Source: an uncultured Deinococcales bacterium
GTDB lineage: Bacteria; Deinococcota; Deinococci; Deinococcales; JAAFIG01
DNA length: 27,146 nucleotides
Assembly (NCBI GenBank): GCA_964247135.1
Contig: CAXTTL010000037.1
Coordinates: forward strand, 1 to 27,146
Direction: 5' to 3'
Shown piece by piece: positions 8,132 through 17,555 of this stretch; position 1 is the first letter of the stretch; each line of letters begins with the position of its first letter. A program made the translations under genes and the position numbers. The notes beneath the pieces are model-generated. The model searched no databases. It saw nothing but the letters and a program-made list of their open reading frames with translations, and was not told the origin of the DNA.

Positions 8132-9730
8132 GTGAAGCTTTTTGTGCGCGTATCCCTTATCTGGCTTGTGCTGATCGGCACCGCCTTTGGTCAGGCAATC
8201 AACTCCAAAGCCCAAGATCAATACAACAAATGCGCCGAGTTTTTTCAACAAAAACTCTACGATGCCGCCGACAATGCTTGTCGGCTTGCCGAAATTCAAC
8301 AACTGAATTATTCTGACTCGTTGCGCCTTCACGCTCGGGTGGCACTGCGCATGAACAATATTGCTGCCGCGCAAAGTTTTGTCGATCAAGCCCGCCAAGC
8401 CGACCCGAGCAGTCCACAAAACGATGTGATCGGCGCGGAAATCGTGCTGCAAAATGGCAAATTCGATGAAGCCTACCAACTCGCACAAAGCGCCCTGCAA
8501 AACCCCAGGCTGTCGTTAAAATCCAAAGTCTTGGCGTACAAAATCACCGCCCAGACCAGTCAACTGGCGGGCAACGAGTCTGAGGGCATCAACGCCTACC
8601 GCGAAGCCCTCAACCTCGACTCGAGCGACACCGAAGCCCGTTTGGCGCTGGCGCAGATCATGGTCAGAAGCGACCCCAAAGCTGCCGCCAACTTGCTGCG
8701 CAGCTCGCCCAACCGTCCACCCGAAATTCAAGCCGAATACGGACGCACCCAGTGGATTGCCGGAAATTTACCTGGCGCGATTCAAACCTTGGAGCAAGTC
8801 GCCGGTAACCCGGGCGCGTTCGCTCGAGATCGGGCATTGTATCAACGCGCCCTTGGAGCGCTGGCTTACGCCTATTACGGCATGGGCAATCTTTCTGAAG
8901 GCTCGAGGGTCCTGACCCAAACCAGCAATTCCAACAATGTTTTTGCCCTGGTGATCGGCAAAACCCTGCCCTGGTTGATCGCCGTGGTGGCATTACTGGT
9001 CGCGCATTTGGTCGGCGAATCTCAGATCGAACCGCTCTCAACCATCGAGATTCAAGAGGGTCCGCGCCCCTGGACGGTTGCCAACGTTTACTCGCATTTG
9101 ATTGTCTCGGTGCTGGTGGGTGGCGTTTCCGCGCTGCTGGGCGGCAAAATGTTGTACGGCAATTACTTGGCGCTGTTCACCCCGGTTCAGGGCGATGTCG
9201 CCAGGGATTTGTTCTTTGGCTTTTTTGCCATTACCTTGATCGGCTTAAGCTGGTACACCACCCAAAGAAACGGTTGGAAACCAGCGCAATTGTTGATCGG
9301 CAAATTTTCGCCGAGCCAAATTGTTGAGGGCATCATTCTGGGTGCGGTGATTACGATATTGACCCTGGCGTACCAATACGCCGCCAAAACCTTGCACTTC
9401 ACAGGCTTTTACTTGCACCTCGAGTATTGGCGCTTGTCTGCGCTGCTGCCGATTCTGTTGCTGCCGCTGACCGAGATTTTCTTCAGGGCTTTTGCGGTCT
9501 TCCCAATCGAAAAACGCTACGGTCAAACCCTCGGCGCGGTCGTGCTGGTCTTGCTGTTCGCCGTGACTTTCGCCATGCCCGTGATCTTGCTGGCATTGAT
9601 TGGCGCTGGCGTGCTGTATTACACCAACCGCGAAAAAAGCGTCATCCCAGCCATCATTGGGCAATTGGTGTTTTACCTGGCGCTCTTGGGCTTGCTGTCC
9701 GTGCCCATCGTGCGCACCTGGTTTTCGTAA
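8132..9730 (+). CDS. Exported TPR-repeat protein fused to a multi-TM CPBP/Abi-like membrane domain
   Basis: Signal peptide, then TPR-like helices (A...Y..AL.LD, EARLALA), then about 8-9 TM helices with TEIFFRA resembling EExxFRG. Start is either ATG 8123 or GTG 8132; the latter lies 7 nt after the extended -10 TGcTAAGAT. Confidence 0.75.
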   Translation: MKLFVRVSLIWLVLIGTAFGQAINSKAQDQYNKCAEFFQQKLYDAADNACRLAEIQQLNYSDSLRLHARVALRMNNIAAAQSFVDQARQADPSSPQNDVIGAEIVLQNGKFDEAYQLAQSALQNPRLSLKSKVLAYKITAQTSQLAGNESEGINAYREALNLDSSDTEARLALAQIMVRSDPKAAANLLRSSPNRPPEIQAEYGRTQWIAGNLPGAIQTLEQVAGNPGAFARDRALYQRALGALAYAYYGMGNLSEGSRVLTQTSNSNNVFALVIGKTLPWLIAVVALLVAHLVGESQIEPLSTIEIQEGPRPWTVANVYSHLIVSVLVGGVSALLGGKMLYGNYLALFTPVQGDVARDLFFGFFAITLIGLSWYTTQRNGWKPAQLLIGKFSPSQIVEGIILGAVITILTLAYQYAAKTLHFTGFYLHLEYWRLSALLPILLLPLTEIFFRAFAVFPIEKRYGQTLGAVVLVLLFAVTFAMPVILLALIGAGVLYYTNREKSVIPAIIGQLVFYLALLGLLSVPIVRTWFS

Positions 9731-11098
9731 TCAGCCTGTAGGTTTGACCAACTGACCCTGGGTGGGTGGGGACGAAGCACGCCTCGCCCCCACAACATTG
9801 TCAAGAAACACCGTCCGACCTCGAGACAGGGTGTGCTTGACCACACCTTTAAATTCTTGTCCCAAGTACGGGCTTTGTTTGTGGCGGTACTCGAGCATTT
9901 GAGCATTCAAGACAAAACTGGCGTTTAAGTCCAGCAAGACCAAATCGGCGTCAAAACCAAGCTCGAGTTTGCCTTTTTTGGGAAGTTTAAAACGTTTTGC
10001 GGGGTTGGCGGACACCAAGCTCGAGATTTGCGACAAACTCAAGCCTCGAGCTTGAAAACCTTGCGTCAGGAGCACGCTCAGGCTGCTTTGCACCCCAGAG
10101 ATGCCGCCCCAAATCGCAAAAAAATTATCGGATGTTTTCAGGCTGGGCGGGGCAGGCGAGTGGTCGCTGCCGATCATATCAATATTGTTTTTCAAAACTT
10201 GCTGCCATAACAATTCTTGCTCGAGGTTTGACCGCAGCGGCGGGGCGCATTTTGCAGGAGTGCCCAAACGCTTCAAGTCTTCTTCGGTGAATGCCAGATA
10301 ATGCGGGCAAGTTTCAATGGTCACGTTCGCACCGCGTGCCTTGGCTTCAGACGCCAGAACCACACCGCGACCCGAGGAGACATGAACGAGATGCAGCGCA
10401 CAGCCAGTTTCCTCGGCAAACAAAATTGCCCTGGAAATCGCCTCGAGTTCGGCAATCACGGGTCTAGACTCGAGGTAATCTTGAATGCCGGTTTTGCCCA
10501 GTGCCTGCAAACGATTCGAGAGCGAACCGGTGATTGCGTCCGATTCGGCATGAACTGCCACGGGCAAACCCAAGCTGGCGGATACCCGCATTCCCTCGAG
10601 CAACGTTAAATCGTCAGCCGCGCCAAATTCTTCCAGTCCGGAATTGCTCATGAAGGCTTTAAAACCGATCACGCCGCACGCCGCCAATTCGGGCAATGCT
10701 TCCAAATTACCAGGCACAAGCCCACCCCAAAGCGCAAAATCGGTGAGGCTGGAGCACTGCATCGCCTCGAGCTTTTGGTTAAAACTTTTGGCGTCGGTGG
10801 TGACGGGCGAAGAATTCAGCGGCATGTCAAAAAACAGCGTCCCGCCGCCCGCCGCGAGTGCCGCCGAACCCGTGGCGATGCCCTCCCAATCGGCTCTCCC
10901 TGGCTCGTTAAAATGCACGTGGACATCGATCATGCCAGCCATGACATGCAACCCTCGAGCATCGATTTCGGTGGTGCTCGAGCTTGAAATTTCTGACTCG
11001 AGCGTCACGATTTTGCCGTCCGAAATTCCGATGTCCAGAATCTCGAGCGAATCACGCACCACAGTCGCGCCGCGAACGATCAAATCCAATTCAGCCAT
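9731..11098 (-). CDS. allB: Allantoinase (amidohydrolase superfamily)
   Basis: DVHVHFNEPGR, AAGG.T.FFDMPLNS, GFKAF (carbamylated Lys), VHAE, HLVHVSS, ETCPHY, KCAPPLR, SDHSP, WGGISG. Leaderless ATG 11098. Confidence 0.9.
   Translation of the reverse strand: MAELDLIVRGATVVRDSLEILDIGISDGKIVTLESEISSSSTTEIDARGLHVMAGMIDVHVHFNEPGRADWEGIATGSAALAAGGGTLFFDMPLNSSPVTTDAKSFNQKLEAMQCSSLTDFALWGGLVPGNLEALPELAACGVIGFKAFMSNSGLEEFGAADDLTLLEGMRVSASLGLPVAVHAESDAITGSLSNRLQALGKTGIQDYLESRPVIAELEAISRAILFAEETGCALHLVHVSSGRGVVLASEAKARGANVTIETCPHYLAFTEEDLKRLGTPAKCAPPLRSNLEQELLWQQVLKNNIDMIGSDHSPAPPSLKTSDNFFAIWGGISGVQSSLSVLLTQGFQARGLSLSQISSLVSANPAKRFKLPKKGKLELGFDADLVLLDLNASFVLNAQMLEYRHKQSPYLGQEFKGVVKHTLSRGRTVFLDNVVGARRASSPPTQGQLVKPTG
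9766..9793 (-). repeat. REP-like hairpin embedded in-frame in the 3' end of allB
   Basis: Minus strand reads GTGGGGGCGAGGC-GT-GCTTCGTCCCCAC, fully paired when two G-U pairs are allowed. It encodes VGARRASSP. Confidence 0.65.
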
Positions 11099-11166
11099 GA
11101 CCAAAGCATACGGCTTTCCTAGGGTTGAAGTTTTGTCTGCAAACCTGCAAAGCGTAGAATTCCCTG
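11099..11166. promoter_or_regulatory. Divergent leaderless promoters for allB and hisF
   Basis: TATGCT (minus, 11110-11105) lies 6 nt before the allB ATG. TAGAAT (11155-11160) lies 6 nt before the hisF GTG. Neither gene has an SD. Confidence 0.7.
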
Positions 11167-11940
11167 GTGATTTTTAAACGCATCATCCCCTGCCTCGACG
11201 TTGACCGTGGACGCGTGACCCGAGGGGTGCAATTTCAGAACGTTCGTGAAATCGGCGACCCAGTGCAGTACGCCCAAAAGTATGATCTCGAGGGGGCGGA
11301 CGAACTGGTGTTTTATGATATTACGGCTTCCAGCGACGGGCGCGACCTCGAGATGAACTGGGCGAGGGACGTTGCCGAAACTGTTTTCATGCCCCTGACC
11401 ATCGGCGGCGGTGTGCGGACGCTCAAAGATTGCCGGCGTTTGCATCTGGCGGGGGCGGACAAGATCAGCATTGACTCTGGCGCGGTGGCAAACCCCAACA
11501 TCATTCGTGAAGCCTCAGATCACTTTGGGGCGCAGTGCGTGGTGCTCTCCATGCAGGTCAAACGCCGCGAAAATGGCTTGGGCTGGGAGACGTTTGTCAA
11601 CGGTGGACGCAAAGCCACGGGTTTGGACGCGATTGAGTGGGCGGTGCGCGGGCAAGAACTTGGTGCGGGCGAACTGGTCTTGAACAGCATCGACGGCGAC
11701 GGCACAAAGGCGGGTTACGATCTCGAGTTGTGTGCCACCGTCAAAGCCAACGTCGATATTCCGATCATCGCGTCTGGTGGTGCGGGAACGCTCGAGGATT
11801 TTTATGAGGTGCTGACCAAAGGACGTGCCGATGCTGCGCTTGCCGCCAGCGTCTTTCACTTTGGAACCTACAGCGTACAAGAGGTCAAACAATACCTATC
11901 AAGTCGCGGCGTTTCGGTCCGACTCGAGCCTTCAACTTAA
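11167..11940 (+). CDS. hisF: Imidazole glycerol phosphate synthase cyclase subunit
   Basis: [70 protein letters not shown]. Confidence 0.97.
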   Translation: MIFKRIIPCLDVDRGRVTRGVQFQNVREIGDPVQYAQKYDLEGADELVFYDITASSDGRDLEMNWARDVAETVFMPLTIGGGVRTLKDCRRLHLAGADKISIDSGAVANPNIIREASDHFGAQCVVLSMQVKRRENGLGWETFVNGGRKATGLDAIEWAVRGQELGAGELVLNSIDGDGTKAGYDLELCATVKANVDIPIIASGGAGTLEDFYEVLTKGRADAALAASVFHFGTYSVQEVKQYLSSRGVSVRLEPST

Positions 11941-11949
11941 GGGGAATTT

Positions 11950-12594
11950 ATGCCAAGCGATATTCAAGCACCATTTTCAATCTCGAGCATTACTTTTGAC
12001 GCGAACGGACTGGTGCCAGTGATTGCCCAGGAGGCGGGCAGCATGAGGGTTTTGATGCTGGCGTATGCCACCAAAGAAGCCATCGCGCAAACCCTGGAGA
12101 CGGGTCGCGCCACGTACTTTTCACGGTCAAAAAACGCCATTTGGGTCAAGGGCGAAGAGTCGGGACATCTGCAAAACATGGTTTCGGTCACGCTCGACTG
12201 CGACGGCGATGCGGTTTTGTATACGGTCGAACAGGTCGGGGCGGCGTGTCACAAAAACGAGGACTCGTGCTTTCACAACGCCTTGTCCGGCAACCTGCCA
12301 GGCTCGGGTTTCGGCGCGGTGGTCGGGCGGGTCTACGCGACCATACTGGACCGCATTCGCAACCAACCCGAAGGCTCTTACGTGGCAAAACTGCATCGGC
12401 AGGGCATCGACCGCATCTTAAAAAAAATTGGCGAAGAGGCTGGCGAGGTGATTATTGCCGCCAAGAACAACTCCAAGCCAGAGTTGCAACTCGAGGTCAG
12501 CGATTTGCTGTTTCACTCGTTGCTGGTCATGGCGGAGGTCGGCGTGAATTTAGAGGACATTGCGGGTGAACTCGAGGCGCGTCACACCAAGTAA
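11950..12594 (+). CDS. hisIE: Bifunctional phosphoribosyl-AMP cyclohydrolase / phosphoribosyl-ATP pyrophosphatase
   Basis: [24 protein letters not shown]...SCF. C-terminal SY..KL...[18 protein letters not shown] and DLLFH. RBS AGGGGA. Confidence 0.95.
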   Translation: MPSDIQAPFSISSITFDANGLVPVIAQEAGSMRVLMLAYATKEAIAQTLETGRATYFSRSKNAIWVKGEESGHLQNMVSVTLDCDGDAVLYTVEQVGAACHKNEDSCFHNALSGNLPGSGFGAVVGRVYATILDRIRNQPEGSYVAKLHRQGIDRILKKIGEEAGEVIIAAKNNSKPELQLEVSDLLFHSLLVMAEVGVNLEDIAGELEARHTK

Positions 12595-12762
12595 ATCCAT
12601 TTCAAACTCGAGTCTTGATGCCAGGGCAAAATGTTGAACTTTGTTCAGAAAGGTTTTTGTACTTCGGTGCTGGTTTTTGACATGTATTATGGGATAAATT
12701 GAAAATGAAAGCACAGTTGAGCAAACAACCCACTCGAGCAAATTGGACCACGCGATTGGAAC

Positions 12763-15546
12763 ATGGCAAATCTTTTTGAAATCATCTCGAGCTTGGTGGC
12801 AGGATTAATCCTGCTTGGGCTTCACATCAACCGTGAACGCTGGGGATTTTTGCCAATTCTGGGGTTCTTGATGTGCACCACCTTGGCGATTTTTGTTTTT
12901 GATTTCACACCATTTGCCTCGGCGTCCTCGAGTGCCTTGTACCTCACCCAATTTGGCTTGGCAGTGATCCTGATTTTTGATGGTTCCAAACGCTGGCGCT
13001 CGAGTTTGATCCTGATTCTGGGCGTTGCGATTCTTGCCAGCATTTTGTTAAACCTCTCGGGCGTTTGGAATTCCGAAGCCAGTCGGTACGCCATTGTCAA
13101 CACGTTGTCGTTGCTGGTTGCGGGCTTTTTGATGTGGATTTTGTTCTCGCAACTTCAAAGCACGGGATTGCTTCAAATGTATGCCATGTTTGCCGTTGCC
13201 GGAGCGAGCGATGTCGTCCTGAAAAAATTACTGATTCCAAACGGTTTTGATTTGCTCGAGACTCGCTTGCTGTTGATGGTCTTGATCGGACCCGCCTTTG
13301 CCTGGTATTTGGAACGCACCAATTTAGAACTTCAAACCAGCTCCAACACGGCGCTCAACAACGCCACCTACAAGGCACTGATGGGAACGCTGGCGGTCAT
13401 TGCCCACGGTAAACCGAGAGCCTCGAGCAAAGATGCCGTCACGACCTTTTTTGATACCGCCGAGGTGCTCGCCCGAGGCAGCGAAGACGACCTGTACCCA
13501 AAACTCTTGGACAGCGCCCTGTCCTTGATCCCGGGCGCTCAGGCGGGAAGTTTGCGCTTGCGAACGGGTGACACGTTTCGTTGGGTGGCACAACGTGGAC
13601 ACGACGACCTGATCCTCAACCTCGAGATCGACATGTCCCAGGCGCTCGAGTTTCATGGTGACCCCTTGGGTTGGTACCGTGGAACGCCTGTCATTCGGGT
13701 GCGACCCGCCTTTGACCCGCAGGTGAATGCCAAACTTCCAACCTCGCGCCAAAGCGTCAAAAGCGTGCTGGTGTTACCGATTTTGGTCGGGCATGAAATC
13801 GTTGCCGAAATCAGCCTCGACAGTTTCAAATCCGAAAAAGCCTTCTCGGACGAATCGGTGTCCGCCGCCCGACAATTTGCCCTGCAAGCCGCCGCATTGA
13901 TCGCCGCCAAGCGCGAACAATTCAACCTCGAGTCCAGGTTGCGCGAGTTTGAAGTGCTCGAAAGTGTCACCAGCGCCCTGCACAACGCCCACAGCTTGGA
14001 AGACATTTGCGAACGCGTGATGCTCGAGACGGTGCGTTTGATCGGCTCGCAACACGCCACAGTCTTGTTAATTTCAGACGATACCAGAAGTTTAAATGTT
14101 CAAAGCGCCTGGGGTTTGTTCAAATTTTTGCTTCATAAAGGCGTCCCTCGCGGCAATGGTTTGTCATGGTCTGCGATTGAAACCCGCCGCATGATTGAAA
14201 CTGTCGATACCCAACGCGACCCACGCAATTACGCCCCCCACGTCAGCACGCCGCTGCCGCCGCATTCTCAACTGACCACGCCACTTTTTGATTCCAACGG
14301 CACGGCTCTCGGCGTCCTGTTGTGCGCCAGAAATTTACCCGATCAATTCAGCGAACTCGACAAGCGCCTGGTCAATGTGATCGCCAAAGTCACCGCCAGC
14401 GCCCTCGAGCGGGTTCGGGTGACCGATGACTTGGAGCGCCGGGTCATGGAAAGCCAAACCCTGCTGGCACTCTCGCACCTGCTCGAGAGCACCGACCCGC
14501 AATTGGTGCACGTTGCCCTGAAACGCATCATGGAACTTGGCGGCGCAGATGTTGGCATTGTTGGGGTCATGCGCGACGGTGTGCTGCGCATGGAAACCCA
14601 CACGGGTAAAATCTCGGATGAGTTGATGGCAAGCCTGCAACAAGGCTCGAGCGCCGAAGAGGTTTCGTTTGTCAACCTCAAAGCCCAGCAAGGTTTGGAC
14701 ATTCGGCTCTCAGAGTTGCAACAATTTGGCGGTCTGAACAACGCCGGCTTAAAACGCGCCTTTATTTTCGGACTCGAGACCGAAGGTGCGCCCAGAATCA
14801 TTGGTTTGTTCCGCCATACTGACATGCCCTGGACGCCCAACGAACGCAACCTGATCGAATCGGGCACAAAGACTTTGGGGGCGTTGCTGAGCCGCCTCGA
14901 GCGCGTCGCCACCCTGGAGGCAGCCTACGAGGGCGCACTGCTCGCCGTCGGCAAAGCCCTGGAAGCCCGCGACCTCGAGACTTCAGACCACACCGAACGC
15001 GTGGCGCAACTCGCCGAACGCATGGCGAAAGCCTTACACCTGCCCGACAACGAAATCCGTGCGATTCGTTGGGGCGCGTACCTTCACGATGTCGGCAAGT
15101 TTTCGATCCCAGACACAATCTTGCACAAGCAAGGCGCACTGACCTTAGAGGAACGCAACTTCATTCAAACCCATCCTTTTGTCGGTTACAACCTGATTCG
15201 CACCATTCCATTCCTGCCCGAAAGTAGCCGCAGCATTGTCTTGCACCATCACGAACGCTGGGACGGACGCGGCTATCCGAACGGGCTGAAAACCGAAAGC
15301 ATTCCGCTCGCCGCGCGAATCTTTGCCGTTTGCGACGTATTTGACGCCCTCAGCCACAAAAGGATTTATAAAGAAGCCATGAGCCTGCAAGACACCATGC
15401 TCGAGTTACGCGCCAGCGCCGAAAATGGTCACTTGGAAGCCAGGTTGGTGCAGTTGCTTGAGGATTTGATTGTCTCTGACTTGCAATTGCGCGATTTTGT
15501 GATGTCCAACTCGAGGTTGAACACCAACGACTCGAGGTTGAATTAG
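12763..15546 (+). CDS. Membrane-anchored GAF-domain HD-GYP cyclic dinucleotide phosphodiesterase
   Basis: About 6 N-terminal TM helices, two clear GAF domains and a probable third. HD-GYP motifs EARD..T..HTERV, LHDVGK, HP, HHHERWDGRGYP, DVFDAL and RIYK. Confidence 0.88.
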   Translation: MANLFEIISSLVAGLILLGLHINRERWGFLPILGFLMCTTLAIFVFDFTPFASASSSALYLTQFGLAVILIFDGSKRWRSSLILILGVAILASILLNLSGVWNSEASRYAIVNTLSLLVAGFLMWILFSQLQSTGLLQMYAMFAVAGASDVVLKKLLIPNGFDLLETRLLLMVLIGPAFAWYLERTNLELQTSSNTALNNATYKALMGTLAVIAHGKPRASSKDAVTTFFDTAEVLARGSEDDLYPKLLDSALSLIPGAQAGSLRLRTGDTFRWVAQRGHDDLILNLEIDMSQALEFHGDPLGWYRGTPVIRVRPAFDPQVNAKLPTSRQSVKSVLVLPILVGHEIVAEISLDSFKSEKAFSDESVSAARQFALQAAALIAAKREQFNLESRLREFEVLESVTSALHNAHSLEDICERVMLETVRLIGSQHATVLLISDDTRSLNVQSAWGLFKFLLHKGVPRGNGLSWSAIETRRMIETVDTQRDPRNYAPHVSTPLPPHSQLTTPLFDSNGTALGVLLCARNLPDQFSELDKRLVNVIAKVTASALERVRVTDDLERRVMESQTLLALSHLLESTDPQLVHVALKRIMELGGADVGIVGVMRDGVLRMETHTGKISDELMASLQQGSSAEEVSFVNLKAQQGLDIRLSELQQFGGLNNAGLKRAFIFGLETEGAPRIIGLFRHTDMPWTPNERNLIESGTKTLGALLSRLERVATLEAAYEGALLAVGKALEARDLETSDHTERVAQLAERMAKALHLPDNEIRAIRWGAYLHDVGKFSIPDTILHKQGALTLEERNFIQTHPFVGYNLIRTIPFLPESSRSIVLHHHERWDGRGYPNGLKTESIPLAARIFAVCDVFDALSHKRIYKEAMSLQDTMLELRASAENGHLEARLVQLLEDLIVSDLQLRDFVMSNSRLNTNDSRLN

Positions 15547-15573
15547 GGCAGGGTCAAGAAGCGGCGCCCCTAC
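15546..15573. repeat. Degenerate REP-like element ending in GGCGCCCCTAC
   Basis: Reverse complement begins GTAGGGGCGCC, the same GTAG-type end as the element at 20791. Lies right after the HD-GYP stop. Confidence 0.4.
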
Positions 15574-15608
15574 GAGAAATATCAAATTAAGCTCCCATCA
15601 AGCTCAAG

Positions 15609-15640
15609 TCGAGTGACAGGAAATAAATCCCATCACTCGA
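15609..15640. terminator. Inverted repeat between convergent genes, possible terminator
   Basis: TCGAGTGA...TCACTCGA with inner GGA/TCC pairing, followed by GATTTTAAAT. Confidence 0.4.
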
Positions 15641-15650
15641 GATTTTAAAT

Positions 15651-16994
15651 TTACAATCCAGCCTCAAACGCCGTGATGCCGGAGTCCAGAGCCTCGAGTG
15701 CAAAATCGAGTTCCTCGCGGGTGGTGGTCAGGGGCGGCGTGACCATGCTGCAATTGAACTTGCCAAAGGTGTAGACGCCACGTTTTTTGAGTTCCGCGTA
15801 CAGGTTTTTCATCACGCCAGGACCGTCGCCGTGCCAGGCAACCAGCGGTTCGCGGGTGATCTTGTCTTTGACAAACTCGAGCGCCCAGAAAGCCCCAATG
15901 CCCCGAGCCTCACCGATGCTCGAGTGCTTACTTTCCAGTTCTTTTAGACCAGCCTCGAGCCAACCGCCCAAGACTTTGGCTTGATCGAAAATGCCTTCCT
16001 CCTGGTAAATCTTGATCGTTGCCAAACCGGTCGCCACGCACAGCGGATGACCCGCGTAGGTGTGACCCACGGGCAGCACGTTCGTGTCCCAATGTTGTGC
16101 CAGACTTTCGCGCACCAAAACGCCACCGAGCGGAATGTAGGCGCTCGTGACGCCCTTGGCGAAGGTGATGAAGTCGGGTTGAACGTTAAAAGTTTCAGCC
16201 GCGAACGCTGTGCCAGTGCGACCAAAACCGGTCATGACCTCATCGAAAATCAAAATAATACCGTGCTGTTCTGTGATGCGGCGCACCCCAGCCAAATAGC
16301 CTTCGGGGTAGACAATCACACCGTTAGAACCCACAATCGGCTCGAGAATGATCGCCGCGATTTTCTTCGGGTTTTCAAACACCAGCGTCCGCTCGAGGTG
16401 ATCCAGGGCGCGTGCGGTTTCCTCGGCGGGATCGCTGGTGTAAAACGGGCTGCGGTACGGGTACGGCGCGAAAAAATGCACAATCCCTGGCGCGGTGGCG
16501 GGTTCGCTGCCCCAACGCCGGTCCTCGCCCGTCAGTTGAATACTGGTGCCCGTGCTGCCGTGATAGCTGCGGTAGGTTGCCATGACCTTAAAACGCCCCG
16601 TCAACGCCCTCGCCATCCGAATCGCATCGTCGTTGGCTTCCGCGCCCCCCGTCGTGAAGAACGCCCTCGAGCCTTCCTGCCACGGTGAAAGCTTGGACAG
16701 CGCCTCGCCCAGTTCGGCGCGTTTGTCATTAAAATACGTGGTTGGGCTGTAACACAGCGTTGCCGCCTGATCCTGAATGGCTTTGACCAACTTCGGATGC
16801 GAATGCCCCAGGTTGGTGCTGACCAAACCCGACGCCAGATCAAAGAACTTGTTGCCATCCAGATCAAAAAAATGCCGACCCTCGCCCCGCGCAATCACCG
16901 GCGCGGCGAGCGCACCCTGCGCCGACCAACTCGAGAGCACGTACTTCTTGTGTTTGGCGGCGAGTTCATCTTGTTTGCTAACAGCCTGCGTCAT
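15651..16994 (-). CDS. Class III PLP aminotransferase (omega-amino acid:pyruvate type; substrate uncertain)
   Basis: NLGH, FTTGGAEAND, YRSYHGST, IAAIILEP, FDEVMTGFGRTG, TFAKG (PLP Lys), GHTYAGHP. Confidence 0.9.
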   Translation of the reverse strand: MTQAVSKQDELAAKHKKYVLSSWSAQGALAAPVIARGEGRHFFDLDGNKFFDLASGLVSTNLGHSHPKLVKAIQDQAATLCYSPTTYFNDKRAELGEALSKLSPWQEGSRAFFTTGGAEANDDAIRMARALTGRFKVMATYRSYHGSTGTSIQLTGEDRRWGSEPATAPGIVHFFAPYPYRSPFYTSDPAEETARALDHLERTLVFENPKKIAAIILEPIVGSNGVIVYPEGYLAGVRRITEQHGIILIFDEVMTGFGRTGTAFAAETFNVQPDFITFAKGVTSAYIPLGGVLVRESLAQHWDTNVLPVGHTYAGHPLCVATGLATIKIYQEEGIFDQAKVLGGWLEAGLKELESKHSSIGEARGIGAFWALEFVKDKITREPLVAWHGDGPGVMKNLYAELKKRGVYTFGKFNCSMVTPPLTTTREELDFALEALDSGITAFEAGL

Positions 16995-17138
16995 AAAAAC
17001 CCCTCTTCTCGAGCGCGAAAAGTCTGGAAGCTCGAGCTTGAAAGCGCCTTAACACGGCTCGAGCGACGAATTGAGAGCACCATTCTAGCGTGTTTTGCTC
17101 GAAAGCAACCGTGGCGATTCTTGCCGTAGACTACACCC

Positions 17139-17555
17139 ATGCAAACCATTCAAAGCCTTGGTCACACCGACGCCCAAAAAGCCATTTCTGCCATTCAAAG
17201 CGAACTCGAACGACGTGGGAAAGCTGCTGTGATTGCCGTTGCCGATGTGAACGGCGAACTGATTGCGCTCTTAAAATTGGACGGCGCAGCCCAAGCCTCG
17301 ATTCTGATTGCCAGCAACAAAGCCTGGACGGCAGCCCGTGAGCGCAAACCCAGCCGTGAGATTGGGCAGGCGGCTCGAGATGCCAGGGACGGTTTTGACC
17401 TGGCTTATTTTGGCGACAAACGTTACATCGGTTGGGGCGGCGGCTTGCCCGTAACGGTCAACGGAACCGTGGTTGGCGCGGTGGCGGTCAGCGGTTTGCC
17501 CGAACTCGAGGATATTGAGCTGGCAGAGATTGGCGTGAAAGCCATCACGGGTTAA
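17139..17555 (+). CDS. GlcG/HbpS family heme-binding protein
   Basis: IAVAD..G, LDGA, NKAWTA, GGGLP, GAVAVSG, D.E.A. Leaderless, with TAGACT at 17127-17132. Confidence 0.88.
   Translation: MQTIQSLGHTDAQKAISAIQSELERRGKAAVIAVADVNGELIALLKLDGAAQASILIASNKAWTAARERKPSREIGQAARDARDGFDLAYFGDKRYIGWGGGLPVTVNGTVVGAVAVSGLPELEDIELAEIGVKAITG

Noticed and set aside
16995-17090. Riboswitch in the aminotransferase 5' leader
   Set aside because: The pairing potential comes mainly from three CTCGAG copies. No known aptamer consensus was recognised.
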